A DNA stretch of 64,000 bases from NCBI GenBank assembly GCA_049840735.1, contig JASGJN010000022.1, positions 768,001 through 832,000 of the forward strand, given 5' to 3'. Positions 10,025 to 20,112 of the stretch are shown one piece after another. A model generated the notes under the pieces. The model searched no databases, was not told where the DNA came from, and was given only the letters and a program-made list of their open reading frames with translations. The first letter of the stretch is position 1. Every line of letters begins with the position of its first letter. Both the position numbers and the translations under genes were made by a program. The DNA is from Anaeromyxobacter sp. (lineage in GTDB: Bacteria > Myxococcota > Myxococcia > Myxococcales > Anaeromyxobacteraceae).

Positions 10025-12056
10025 TCAGCCCGCCGGCGAGAGGGTCATCCGGACGCGGGTGCCGCGCTCGACCACGCGCCCGGGGGCGGGGGTCTGGGCC
10101 ACCACGCGCCCCGAGCCGCGCACCTCGGCCGAGAGCTCCACCTGCTCCAGGTGGCGGATGGCGGCGCGGGCGGGGAGGCCGGCCAGGGTCGGGACGGCCA
10201 CGCGGCCGTCCTCGCGCGGCGCGTCGGAGACGGCGGCCGGCTCCAGCTCGGCCTCGTCCTCCTCGCCGGCGGCGGCCACCGCGACCGGGGGCTCCGGCGC
10301 GGCCGGGGTGCCGGCCACGGGCCGGTTGGGCGGCACGCCCATCATGCGCAGCGCGTACTCGGAGATCTCGCGGAAGGCCGGCGCGGCCACCTCGCCGCCG
10401 TAGATCTCGCCCCGGGGCTCGTCGATGAAGACGCCCACCACGATGCGCGGCGCCTCGGCGGGCGCGAAGCCCACGAAGGAGCTGAAGTGACGGTCGGCGG
10501 AGTAGCCGCCGGAGACCCGGTCCACCTTCTGCGCGGTGCCGGTCTTGCCGGCCGCGCTCCACCCGTCGAGGCGGGCGCGGTGGCCGGTCCCCTTCGGATC
10601 CTCGATCACGCCCACCAGCCAGCGGCCCAGCGTGGCGGCGGTGCGGGCCGAGACCACCTGGCGGGCGGCGCCGGGGCCGGCCGCGTCCAGCACGCGGCCG
10701 GTGACCGGGTCGACGATGCGGCGGATCACGTGCGGCTGCACCCAGGCGCCGCCGTTGGCGATGGCGCCCATGGCGGCGGTGAGCTGCAGGGCCGTGGCGG
10801 TGATGGGCCCCTGGCCGAAGCTCTGGGTGGCGAGGCCGATCTCGGAGCGGGCCGCGGTCAGGGTGCCGCGCACCTCGCCGGGGAGGCCGACGTCGGTCCG
10901 CTCGCCGAAGCCGAAGTCGGCCAGCGCCTGGCGGAGCCCCTCGCGCCCCAGCCGCGCGCCGATGTGGGCGGCGCCGATGTTGGAGCTCTCGGCCAGCACG
11001 CGGGAGGGGCCGGCCCAGCCCACCGCGGCGTGATCGCGGATCACGTGGCCGCCGATGGTGAAGCGGCCCGGGCCGCAGTCGATGGCGTCGGTGGGGGCGA
11101 GCACGCCCCGCTCCAGCGCGGCCGCCAGCACGTAGGTCTTGATGGTGGAGCCCGGCTCGAAGGCGTCGGTGATGGGCCGGTTGCGGATTCTCGTCGGCGC
11201 TCCGCTTGGCGTTGGCGTTGGCCAGCGGCACGCTGGCCATGGCCAGCACCTCGCCGGTGGACGGGTCGAGCACCACCGCCATGCCGGAGAGCGCGCGCGA
11301 GCCGGCCACCGCGCGGGCCAGCGCCGTCTCGGCGGTGGCCTGCAGCCCCTGGTCGATGGTGAGCTCGATGCGCGAGCCCTCGCGCTCGCGCCCCGGCACC
11401 GGCGGCGAGGTGACGATGATGCGCCCCTTGCCGTCGCGCAGCGAGGGGAGCTCCGCCGGGATGCCCTGCAGGTCGGCGTCGCGCGCCAGCTCCACGCCCT
11501 CGCGCCCCTCGCCCTCGTCGTCCACCACGCCCAGCAGCTGCCCGGCCAGCTCTGCCTTGGGGTAGTAGCGGCGCCGCTCCGGGGCGAGCCCCACCGAGCG
11601 GAAGCGGCGCTCGGCCAGCCAGGCCTGCAGCTTCGCGGCGTCGGCCGGCGCGACGCGGCGGGCGAGCCACATGAAGCGGCTGTCGTCGTCGAGCTTCCGC
11701 TCCAGCGCCCGGGCGGCGCGCGGCTCCACCCGGAGCAGCTTCAGCGCCTGGCGCAGCTGGGCCCGCTTCGGATCCTCGACCGCCAGGAGCTTGGGGTCCA
11801 CGTAGACCGACTGCGCGTCGGCGCTGCTGGCCAGCAGCACGCCGTTGCGGTCCACCACCTCGCCGCGGCGCGGGCGCAGCGAGAGCTCGCGCAGCCACTG
11901 GCTGGCGCCGGGCTTGAGGTAGGCCTTGCGCGCCAGGACCTGGAGGTAGAGCACCCGGGCCCCGACCGCGCCGAAGCCGAGCGCCAGCAGCACCGTGACC
12001 GCGGCGATGCGGACGATGGCCCAGCGAGCGCCGCGCGGATCAGGCCCGGGGCGCAC
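10025..12056 (-). CDS. ftsI: PBP3/FtsI transpeptidase with C-terminal PASTA domain; split by a 1-nt insertion at ~11188 (probable sequencing error)
   Basis: N-half (TM, RGEVVDRNG, RRYYP) and C-half (SSN, KTGTAQK, PASTA) are in different frames. Removing one A from gagAatc restores ...DEIRNRPITDAFEPGSTIK with the SxxK motif. Confidence 0.93.
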
Positions 12057-12500
12057 CTAGTTCCCCTGCGGCGCGGTCCCCCCGGCGGAGAGCGCCAGGG
12101 AGGAGGGGAGGGCAGGCCCCGCCGGACGCGACCGGTCTCCAACCCCGTCCACGCCCGCCCTACCCGTGCCGTCCATGGGACGGCCCGGGCCTGCCGCCAC
12201 GACCGCACCGCGGTCCGGCGGAGCCATGCCCAGCTTCGCGAGCTTCCGCAGCAGCGCCTGGTTGAGCTTGCCGGGGGACCGGAGCATCGCCAGCTCCAGC
12301 TTCAGCTGCTCGTTCCGCGCCACCAGCTCGTCGTGCTCGCGGGTGAGCTCGCCCAGCGCGTAGCCGGCGGTGACCACCTGGGTACGGGTCCAGACGTGGA
12401 ACACGCCCAGCGTCGCCAGCAGCAGCATGGCCAGCGCCACCTGCACGGCGCGGCCGGCCCTGGCGCCGGCGGCGCGGACGCCTCTCGCCTGCGTGCTCAT
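12057..12500 (-). CDS. ftsL: Cell division protein FtsL
   Basis: Small TM plus leucine-zipper protein between rsmH and ftsI; ATG at 12500 overlaps the rsmH stop. Confidence 0.85.
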   Translation of the reverse strand: MSTQARGVRAAGARAGRAVQVALAMLLLATLGVFHVWTRTQVVTAGYALGELTREHDELVARNEQLKLELAMLRSPGKLNQALLRKLAKLGMAPPDRGAVVAAGPGRPMDGTGRAGVDGVGDRSRPAGPALPSSLALSAGGTAPQGN

Positions 12501-13429
12501 GGCAGCTTCTCCACCGCGCGGAGGCGTGCGCTCCGCGCCCGGGGGTTCCTGGCCACCTCCTCGTCCGCAGCCTTCACCGCCTTGCGCGTGACGGCCGCGA
12601 AGGCCGCGCGCGCGCCGCAGGCGCAGACGGGGAGGTCGGGCGGGCAGGTGCACGCCTGCGTCAGCGCCCGGAACCGCTCCTTCACCATCCGGTCCTCCAG
12701 CGAGTGGAAGGCGATGGCCGCCGCCCGCCCGCCGGGGTTGAGCATCGAGGGCAGGCCGTCGAGCCAGGCCGCCAGCGCGCCCAGCTCGTCGTTCACCGCG
12801 ATCCGCAGCGCCTGGAAGGTGCGCGTGGCCGGGTGGATCCGCTTCGGCCAGGCCTTGCGCGGGATGGCGCCGGCCACGACCTCGGCCAGGCGGGCCGTGT
12901 CGAGCCGCTCCTCGCCGCCCACCGCCGCCTTGATGGCGCGGGCCACGGGCCGGGCGAAGGGCTCCTCGCCGTAGTCGTGGAGGATGCGGGCCAGCTCGCG
13001 CTCGTCGATGCGGCGCAGCAGGTCCTCCAGCGTCTCGCCGTCCTGCGCCATGCGCATGTCGAGCGGGCCGGGGCGGGAGAAGGAGAAGCCGCGCTCCGCC
13101 TCGTCGAGCTGCGGGGAGGAGGCGCCCAGGTCCACCAGCGCGCCGTCCACGCCGGCGATGCCCAGCGCGGCCAGCACGTTCTTCGCGTCGCGGAAGTCGG
13201 AGCGGACGGCGCGGAAGGCCTCCCCGAAGCGGGCCAGCCGCGCGGTCGCCGCCGCCAGGGCGCGCGGGTCCTTGTCGAGCGCGATCACGCGTGCCCCCTG
13301 CTCGAGCAGGAGCCCGGAGTGCCCACCGCCGCCCAGCGTGCCGTCGAGGAAGAGCTCGCCCGGCTTCGGGCGCAGCACCTCGACCACCTCTCTCGCCAGG
13401 ACCGGCTCATGGACGAACTCCGCGCTCAC
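12497..13429 (-). CDS. rsmH: 16S rRNA m4C1402 methyltransferase
   Basis: [51 protein letters not shown]. Confidence 0.98.
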   Translation of the reverse strand: MSAEFVHEPVLAREVVEVLRPKPGELFLDGTLGGGGHSGLLLEQGARVIALDKDPRALAAATARLARFGEAFRAVRSDFRDAKNVLAALGIAGVDGALVDLGASSPQLDEAERGFSFSRPGPLDMRMAQDGETLEDLLRRIDERELARILHDYGEEPFARPVARAIKAAVGGEERLDTARLAEVVAGAIPRKAWPKRIHPATRTFQALRIAVNDELGALAAWLDGLPSMLNPGGRAAAIAFHSLEDRMVKERFRALTQACTCPPDLPVCACGARAAFAAVTRKAVKAADEEVARNPRARSARLRAVEKLP

Positions 13430-13430
13430 G

Positions 13431-13733
13431 TCAGGCCGCTCGGACCGCTTCTTCGACGTCGCCGTACAGCTCCACGTGGCCGCCGGCCCCGCCGGCGAAC
13501 ACCAGGTCGCGCACGTAGCGGCTGGCCCCCGCGGCGCGGAGGCCCGGGATGGCCTTGAGCAGCGCCGCGCCCGCGTAGTGCAGGTGCGTCACGCGCTTGA
13601 GATCGATGACGACCATGTGTCCCTCCGCCCGGGCCCGGCCCGCCAGCGCCGCGATGGCGCTGAGCTCGTCCCGGGTCAGCTCGCCCGTGCACCGGATGAT
13701 GGTCACCTCGTCCTGCCGCCGCGCCTCGTACAT
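13431..13733 (-). CDS. STAS-like (anti-sigma antagonist fold) small protein
   Basis: 100 aa [19 protein letters not shown]...[15 protein letters not shown]...[21 protein letters not shown]-like pattern. Confidence 0.75.
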   Translation of the reverse strand: MYEARRQDEVTIIRCTGELTRDELSAIAALAGRARAEGHMVVIDLKRVTHLHYAGAALLKAIPGLRAAGASRYVRDLVFAGGAGGHVELYGDVEEAVRAA

Positions 13734-13852
13734 GTGCCGCCTCCACCCCGTCGCCGTCGCCCGTCCACTGCCACCTGCCGCCCAGCCACCCGCCACCGCC
13801 CTCGCCCGCTGGCCCGCCGGCCGGCAGCCGCCGGCGCGCCACCCACCCACCG

Positions 13853-14290
13853 TCAGAGCCTCGAGAAGAGATCCACCACCTGGTCCGCCGGGATGTCCGC
13901 CGACGTCTGCTCCTCGTGCGTGGCCTTGTCGAAGAGGTGGATGACCCGGCCCATGCCCACCCAGACCACGTCCTTGGAGAGGCGGGCCCAGCTGCGCAGC
14001 GGCGGCGGCACCAGCACGCGGCCGTGCACGTCCAGGTCCACCTCGTGCGCCGAGGAGACGAACTTGAGGACGTTGCGCTGCATGCGCGCGTCGAGCGGGG
14101 AGGACTCCATCACCTTCTTGACGAGCTCGTTCCAGACCGACTGCGGGAGCGCCAGGACCGAAGGCCAGTGCGGGTACTGCATCAGGACGATGCGCGGCTC
14201 GCCCGCGGCGGCGAGCGCCTCCCGGAACCTCGCCGGAAGGCTCGTGCGCCCCTTCGCGTCGATCGCGTGGTTGAAGGTCCCGAAGAACAC
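13853..14290 (-). CDS. mraZ: Division/cell wall cluster transcriptional regulator MraZ
   Basis: GTG at 14290; FFGTFNHAIDAKGR and DVHGRVLVP tandem SpoVT/AbrB motifs; first gene of dcw. Confidence 0.95.
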   Translation of the reverse strand: MFFGTFNHAIDAKGRTSLPARFREALAAAGEPRIVLMQYPHWPSVLALPQSVWNELVKKVMESSPLDARMQRNVLKFVSSAHEVDLDVHGRVLVPPPLRSWARLSKDVVWVGMGRVIHLFDKATHEEQTSADIPADQVVDLFSRL

Positions 14291-14295
14291 GTTCT

Positions 14296-14340
14296 GCCCG
14301 GTCTTGCCGCTGGGATCCGCTCTTTGCCACTTCTTCCCAC
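14296..14340 (-). promoter_or_regulatory. MraZ-binding (DCW) boxes, five pentamers at 10-nt period
   Basis: Minus-strand GTGGG, GTGGC, GCGGA, GCGGC, CGGGC at 14340/14330/14320/14310/14300. Confidence 0.8.
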
Positions 14341-14351
14341 TGGCTGGTTCG

Positions 14352-14380
14352 GATCTACGGAGTCCAGCGGGGGAAGTCAA
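14352..14380 (-). promoter_or_regulatory. sigma70-type dcw promoter
   Basis: TTGACT-N17-TAGATC immediately upstream of the MraZ boxes. Confidence 0.7.
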
Positions 14381-14610
14381 CCGACCGGGCGCCAGGTCCG
14401 GCAGGCGCCTGGATCGGTGTTCAGGATCGGATCAGAGGGCCGCCCGGGCTGGTTGGGGTGGGCCGGGTCCGCACCGCTACCCGTGGGACGTTCAATGAAA
14501 GTTGAAGACGCCCCACAGTAAATCCGGCGGACAGGTTGCCGCGCCCCGGGGCCCCGCACATCCTCCCGGCCACCCCGGCGCCGCGTCGCACCAGGCCGGG
14601 CGGAGGCGTC

Positions 14611-15435
14611 ATGCCGGCTCTGAAGGGGAAGACGATCTTCATCACCGGCGCCAGCCGGGGCATCGGGCGGGCCATCGGCATGGCCGCGGCGCGGCTGGGC
14701 GCCAACGTGGTGGTGGCGGCCAAGACCGACGCCCCGCACCCCCGGCTGCCCGGCACCATCCACGACGCGGCCGAGGCCATGGTCCGCGCCGGCGGCCAGG
14801 CCCTGGCGGTCCCCTGCGACATCCGCCACGAGGATCAGATTGCCGCCGCGGTGGCGAAGGCGGTGGAGCGCTTCGGCGGGATCGACGCGCTGGTGAACAA
14901 CGCCAGCGCCATCCACCTGGCGGGCACGCTCGAGACCCCGCTCAAGCGCTGGGACCTGATGCACGCGGTGAACGCGCGCGGCACCTTCGCCACCACCCAG
15001 GCCTGCCTGCCGCACCTGCTCCGGGCGCCCAACCCGCACGTGCTGACGCTGGCGCCGCCGCTCTCGCTCGCCCCGCGCTGGTTCGGCGGGCACCTGGCCT
15101 ACACCATCGCGAAGTACGGCATGAGCATGTGCGTGCTGGGGATGGCCGAGGAGTTCCGCGACCGAGGCGTGGCCGTGAACGCGCTCTGGCCCAGGACCGT
15201 GGTGGCCACGGCGGCGCTGGAGCTGCTGGGCGGCGACGAGACGGCGCGCCACGGCCGCACCCCGGAGATCGTGGCCGACGCCGCGGTGGCGGTGCTGCAG
15301 CGCGAGGCCCGGGCCTGCACCGGCCAGTTCCTGATCGACGAGGAGGTGCTGCGGCGCGAGGGGGTCACGGACTTCGAGCGCTACGCGGTGGCGCCCGGCC
15401 AGGCGCTCATGCCGGACCTGTTCCTCGACGCCTGA
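14611..15435 (+). CDS. Short-chain dehydrogenase (HSDL2-like)
   Basis: TGASRGIG, NNAS, YTIAKYGMS, VNALWPRT; GGAGG RBS. Confidence 0.9.
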   Translation: MPALKGKTIFITGASRGIGRAIGMAAARLGANVVVAAKTDAPHPRLPGTIHDAAEAMVRAGGQALAVPCDIRHEDQIAAAVAKAVERFGGIDALVNNASAIHLAGTLETPLKRWDLMHAVNARGTFATTQACLPHLLRAPNPHVLTLAPPLSLAPRWFGGHLAYTIAKYGMSMCVLGMAEEFRDRGVAVNALWPRTVVATAALELLGGDETARHGRTPEIVADAAVAVLQREARACTGQFLIDEEVLRREGVTDFERYAVAPGQALMPDLFLDA

Positions 15436-15507
15436 GCCGCGGCCCCCTGGCGCCTGTCGCGGGGGCCGGGGCCGGATTAGAGTCCGGGGATGCACGCGCG
15501 GGAAGGC

Positions 15508-16524
15508 ATGCTGGTCAGGATTGAGCGGGAGCTCTCCGTGCGCCTGCCGCGGGCGCTCTTCGCGCCGGAGCTCGAGGGGCCGCTCGGCCCGCCCGTCGAG
15601 CCTGAGGCGCTGCTCACGCCCGGGGCCGGCCTGGTGCAGGGCGGCCGCATGCTGCCCGACGCGCTCCCCTTCGTCCGCTTCGCGTCGGGCGATGCGCTCC
15701 TGCTCCGCTTCGGCCCCACCGGGCAGCCGCTGGAGGTGGTGGCCTGGCGCGGCGACGGCGGCTGGCACCCCAGCGACGCCGCCCCCGGCTTCCCCTCGGC
15801 ACCCGCCCGCGCGCTGGCCGAGGCGCGACGGGCGCTGCGGAGCGGGCTCGCGCGGGTGGCCGACGCGGTGGGGCGCACGGCGCTGGCGGGCGACCTGGGC
15901 GTGTCGCTCGAGACCTTCGCTGGCTGGCTGCAGGACGCGCGGCTGGTGCCGGACGAGCGGCGCGCGGCGCTGCGGCGCCTCACCGGCGAGGACGACGCGA
16001 CGCTCTTCACGCAGCGCTGGGACGAGGCGGCCGCCGCCGCCCGCCGCGCCGCCCTCCGTGGCGACCTGGCCTGGCCCGGCGTGGTGCTGGGCTGGGTGGC
16101 GGAGGGGGCGGCCGACGCGGCCGGCGCCGGTGACGCGTACGCCGGCGCGCTCCTGGCCGACGCCCCCACGCTCGAGCCGGGGTTCCTGCCGGCGCGCCCA
16201 GGCGAGCCGTCGGTCCGGATGCTGGCGGAGGCCTGGCGCCGCTGCGCCGGGGCCGCCAGGCCGGAGGACCCTGCGCTGGCCGCCGCGCTGGAGGGGCCGA
16301 GGGCCGTCCGCACCCACCACCTGGCGGAGTGTGACCGCCTGCGGGCGGCGGGGCACCCGGGCGCCGCCTACCGCGCCGCCTGGCGCGCCGGCTGGCGCCG
16401 CCCCCTACCGGCCGACATGGACGACGTGCTGGGCCGGCTGGGCGACGCCGCCGAGGCGACCGGCGCCGTGGCCCACGCAGCCCTGGCGCGGCTGCACCTG
16501 CGCGCCTGGACGTCCCGCGGCTGA
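15508..16524 (+). CDS. Hypothetical protein, possible degenerate SMI1/KNR4-like N-terminus and helical C-terminus
   Basis: GC3-rich frame, [20 protein letters not shown] and [16 protein letters not shown] motifs. Confidence 0.6.
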   Translation: MLVRIERELSVRLPRALFAPELEGPLGPPVEPEALLTPGAGLVQGGRMLPDALPFVRFASGDALLLRFGPTGQPLEVVAWRGDGGWHPSDAAPGFPSAPARALAEARRALRSGLARVADAVGRTALAGDLGVSLETFAGWLQDARLVPDERRAALRRLTGEDDATLFTQRWDEAAAAARRAALRGDLAWPGVVLGWVAEGAADAAGAGDAYAGALLADAPTLEPGFLPARPGEPSVRMLAEAWRRCAGAARPEDPALAAALEGPRAVRTHHLAECDRLRAAGHPGAAYRAAWRAGWRRPLPADMDDVLGRLGDAAEATGAVAHAALARLHLRAWTSRG

Positions 16525-16597
16525 CGGCCACGAGGGGTGAACACCGGTGGGCGGGACCCAAGGGGCGCGGAGCGGCGCGCACGCACCGTGATAGGAC

Positions 16598-16918
16598 TCA
16601 TCGTGAAGCGCCGGCCCCCCGGCGCTGGCCCGCGCCTTCCCTCTCTCCGGTCGCGGGCCCGGCACCTCCGCCACTCCCCCGGGGCGGAGGTGCCCCTGTC
16701 TGCGGGGCCGCGGCCCGCCGGGAGACCTCCGGCGGGACCACCAGGGCCAGCGGCAGCGGCGTCGGCACCAGCAGCGAGAGGAGCAGCAGTCCGCCGTGCG
16801 CCGCGCGGGGATCGCTGGCGCGCGCCCCGGGCGGCGCGCCGGGCCCTGGCCCGCCGGCCGCGGCTGGCGCGGCGAGGAAGGCGGCAAGCAGGAAGGCGAG
16901 CGCGGCCGGCGCGGTCAC
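16598..16918 (-). CDS. Small hypothetical protein with signal-peptide-like N-terminus
   Basis: [17 protein letters not shown]; low complexity; weak support. Confidence 0.35.
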   Translation of the reverse strand: MTAPAALAFLLAAFLAAPAAAGGPGPGAPPGARASDPRAAHGGLLLLSLLVPTPLPLALVVPPEVSRRAAAPQTGAPPPRGSGGGAGPATGEREGAGQRRGAGASR

Positions 16919-17203
16919 TGGACCCTCGAGGTCTGGGAGGCGCAGCAGGTCTACGGAGCGACGCTGCGGACGGTGGAGGGGCCAGAGAAGCGCCGCTCCG
17001 GGGGACCGCCCCAGCCGCCCTGCCTCGGAAGAAGCTGCCTGGGCCGTGAGGGGTGATCACCCGAGGCATGGGTCCATGCCTTTGCCGGACCAGGGAAACA
17101 CTCCCGGTGCGTATCCGCACCAGGCCGGTGACCCAGGGTTCCGAGAGGTCCTTGTAAGCGGCAATTTTCCCCAGTCCTGCCGGGAAGTGCCCCTGACGAA
17201 CCG

Positions 17204-17219
17204 CGGCACGGGGCCTGCT
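17204..17219 (+). promoter_or_regulatory. sigma54 (-24/-12) promoter candidate for the MCP gene
   Basis: CGGCACG-GGGC-CTGCT versus consensus TGGCACG-N4-TTGCW, ~57 nt before the ATG. Confidence 0.55.
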
Positions 17220-17276
17220 CTGCGGAGCCGCGGCCGACGCTGGCCACGACATCTAACCCCGGGGTGGGAGAGCCAA

Positions 17277-19937
17277 ATGCGGGATTTGCGGACGCGCACG
17301 AAGGTGCTGGGAGGGTTCGCAGCAGCCCTGCTCATCGCGCTCGGGGTCGGCGTGGGCTCGAGCCTGGCCTCCCGGGACGTGCGGCGCCAGCTCACAGTGG
17401 CCTCCAGCTCCCAACTCCCGGCGCAGCAGGCGCTGTCGAAGCTCGAAGGCGGCTTCAAGGACGCCCAGTCCTTCCTCAACACCATGGCGCTCTCGCGGGC
17501 GACGGCGCAGGTCATCTACGCCGGCGACTGCGCCGGCTGCCACGACGGGCCCAAGCTCTTCTCCGATCGGGCCAGCGAGTCGCTGGTGGCGCTGGACGAG
17601 GCCACCGCGACGCTCGACGAGCTGCCGCGCACGCCGGCCCTGGATTGGCGCTGGCCCGAGCTGCGCAGCGCCGTGCAGGCCTGGAGCGCGCGCGGACACA
17701 AGCTCCAGGACCTGCTCGGACAGCGCGACAAGCTGCTGGCCGGCTCGGGCGCGGAGGGCGTGGCCGGCAAGTCGGTCGAGGCTGCTGTCTGGGACGAGTG
17801 GAAGGAGCTGCACAACCTGTCCGACACCGTCGACGCCGCCACGCTGGCGCTGTCCAGGGAGGTCGGTGAGGAGGTGGCGGCCTCGCAGCTGGCCGCGGTC
17901 GAGGCCGAGCACCGGCAGACCGCCACGCAGGCCTGGGTGCTGGCGCTGGCTGCGCTGGTGATGGGGCTCCTGGCCTGGCTCATCGGCCGCTCGGTGGACC
18001 ACGCCATCCGGGCCATGGTGGCCCAGACCCAGCGGCTCACCGAGGCGGCGCTGGAGGGGGCGCTGGAGGTCCGCGGCGAGGAGGGCGGGGTGCCGGCCGA
18101 GTTCCGCCCGGTGGTGGCCGGCATGAACCAGACCCTGGACGCGGTGGTCGGGCCGGTGCACTGCGCCACCGCCTACGCCCAGCGGATCGCCCGGGGCGAG
18201 CTGCCCCCGCCCATCACCGAGGACTACCGGGGCGAGTTCGGCGTGCTGCGCGACAGCCTCAACCAGATGACGGGCGAGATCCGGACCCTGGTCTCCGGCC
18301 TGTCCACCATGACCGCGGCCCACGCCGCCGGCGACGTCGACGCGGTGGTCGACGTGGCGCGGCTGGAGGGCGCCTTCGCCGAGATGGCCGCGGGCGTGAA
18401 CGGCTGCGCCCAGGTCTACGCCGGCATCCTCAGGGACGTGCTCGACATCCTGGCGCGCTACGGCGCCGGCGACTTCTCGCCGGTGCTGCGCCCGCTGCCG
18501 GGCAAGCTGGCCCGCGCCAACCAGGGGCTGGAGCTGCTCCAGCACGAGCTGCGCGGCTTCGCCGAGGACGTGAAGGCGCTCGGCGCGGCCGGCGTGCGGG
18601 GCGAGCTGACGGCGCGCGCCGATCCGGCGCGGTACCAGGGCGACTGGCGCGCCATCGTCTCGGGCGTGAACGACACGCTCGACGGCGTGACCGGCCCCAT
18701 GGCGGCGGCCGCCCAGTACATGGAGGCCATCGCCCGGGGCGAGATCCCGCCGCCCATCGCGGACGAGTGGCCCGGCGACTTCGCCGCGCTGCGCTCGTCG
18801 ATCAACCGCTGCTGCGCCGCCATCCAGGCGCTCGTCTCCGACGCCGACGGGCTGGCCTCGGCGGCGGTGGAGGGCCGGCTCTCGGCCCGCGCCGAGGCGG
18901 GGCACCACGAGGGCGACTTCCGCCGCATCGTCGACGGCGTCAACCGCACGCTGGACGCCGCGGTGGCGCCGGTGCGCGAGGCGTCCGCGGTGCTGGGCCG
19001 GCTGGCGGCGCGCGACCTGTGCGCCCGCATGGGCGGCGACTACCGGGGCGACCACGCGCAGATGAAGGAGTCGCTCAACGCCGCCGCCGACGCGCTGCAC
19101 GGCGCGCTGGTGCAGGTGGCGGGCGCGGCCCGCCAGGTGGCGAGCGCCTCCTCGCAGATCGCCGCCAGCAGCCAGGCGGTGGCGAGCGGCGCCTCCGAGC
19201 AGGCCAACGCGCTGGTGGAGACCACCTCGCGCCTGGAGGGGATCACCGAGGTGGCCCAGCGCACGCGCGCCGGCGCGGGACGCGCCGACGGCCTGGCCCG
19301 CTCGGCCCGCACCGCCGCCAGCGACGGCGCCACGGCCATGAACGCGATGGCCGGCGCCATGGCCCGCATCCGCGCCTCGGCGGAGAGCACCTCGCAGATC
19401 ATCCGGGACATCAACGACATCGCGTTCCAGACCAACCTGCTCGCGCTCAACGCGGCGGTGGAGGCGGCGCGCGCCGGCGACGCCGGCCGCGGCTTCGCGG
19501 TGGTGGCCGAGGAGGTGCGCAGCCTGGCCCTGCGCTCCAAGGAGGCGGCGCGGCGGAGCGAGGAGCTGATCCGCGACTCGATGCGCCAGGCCACGGAGGG
19601 CGAGGAGACCAGCCGCGCCGTGTCCACGCGGCTGGGCACCATCGCCACCGACGTCTCGCAGGTCACCGAGGTGGTGGCCGAGATCACACGCGAGTCGGCG
19701 GAGCAGGCGGTGGGCGTGGAGCAGGTCACGGTGGCGGTCTCGGAGATGGAGAAGGTGACCCAGCAGAACGCGGCCTCCTCGGAGGAGTCCTCCTCCGCCG
19801 CCGCCGAGCTGGCCGAGAACGCCCAGGAGCTGCGCCGGCTGGTGGAGTCGTTCCAGCTCGGCGAGGACGGCGCCGGCGCCGCGCCGCTGCTGGCCGCGCC
19901 CGCGCGGCGGGCCAGGCGGCAGCTGCCGCGGGCGTGA
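17277..19937 (+). CDS. Methyl-accepting chemotaxis protein with CxxCH in the periplasmic sensor and multiple HAMP repeats
   Basis: TM1, CAGCH, TM2, repeated 'Y.GDF..I..GVN.TLD' HAMP units, [20 protein letters not shown]...[12 protein letters not shown] hairpin. Confidence 0.95.
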   Translation: MRDLRTRTKVLGGFAAALLIALGVGVGSSLASRDVRRQLTVASSSQLPAQQALSKLEGGFKDAQSFLNTMALSRATAQVIYAGDCAGCHDGPKLFSDRASESLVALDEATATLDELPRTPALDWRWPELRSAVQAWSARGHKLQDLLGQRDKLLAGSGAEGVAGKSVEAAVWDEWKELHNLSDTVDAATLALSREVGEEVAASQLAAVEAEHRQTATQAWVLALAALVMGLLAWLIGRSVDHAIRAMVAQTQRLTEAALEGALEVRGEEGGVPAEFRPVVAGMNQTLDAVVGPVHCATAYAQRIARGELPPPITEDYRGEFGVLRDSLNQMTGEIRTLVSGLSTMTAAHAAGDVDAVVDVARLEGAFAEMAAGVNGCAQVYAGILRDVLDILARYGAGDFSPVLRPLPGKLARANQGLELLQHELRGFAEDVKALGAAGVRGELTARADPARYQGDWRAIVSGVNDTLDGVTGPMAAAAQYMEAIARGEIPPPIADEWPGDFAALRSSINRCCAAIQALVSDADGLASAAVEGRLSARAEAGHHEGDFRRIVDGVNRTLDAAVAPVREASAVLGRLAARDLCARMGGDYRGDHAQMKESLNAAADALHGALVQVAGAARQVASASSQIAASSQAVASGASEQANALVETTSRLEGITEVAQRTRAGAGRADGLARSARTAASDGATAMNAMAGAMARIRASAESTSQIIRDINDIAFQTNLLALNAAVEAARAGDAGRGFAVVAEEVRSLALRSKEAARRSEELIRDSMRQATEGEETSRAVSTRLGTIATDVSQVTEVVAEITRESAEQAVGVEQVTVAVSEMEKVTQQNAASSEESSSAAAELAENAQELRRLVESFQLGEDGAGAAPLLAAPARRARRQLPRA

Positions 19938-20112
19938 GCGCCCCCCGCCCTCTCCCACCTCCACCTCCACGCGCGCGTCTCCTGTCCAGGAGACACGAAG
20001 CAGCGCGGAGGCCCCCGCCGCGACCCGCACCCCCCGGCAAACCGGCTTCGCGCGCGGCGGCGTGGCCGGATCGTGGCTGGCCCCGCCCGATTCTGGGATA
20101 GAGAGGAAGCCC

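Noticed and set aside
8355..12056. 1233-aa ORF suggesting an FtsI-MurE fusion
   Set aside because: Artefact of the +1 indel in ftsI; the middle translates as out-of-frame sequence and murE has its own start at 9863.
10025..12056. ftsI as a pseudogene or programmed frameshift
   Set aside because: Normally essential gene, no slippery site, and the indel shares the GATC context of the other indels.
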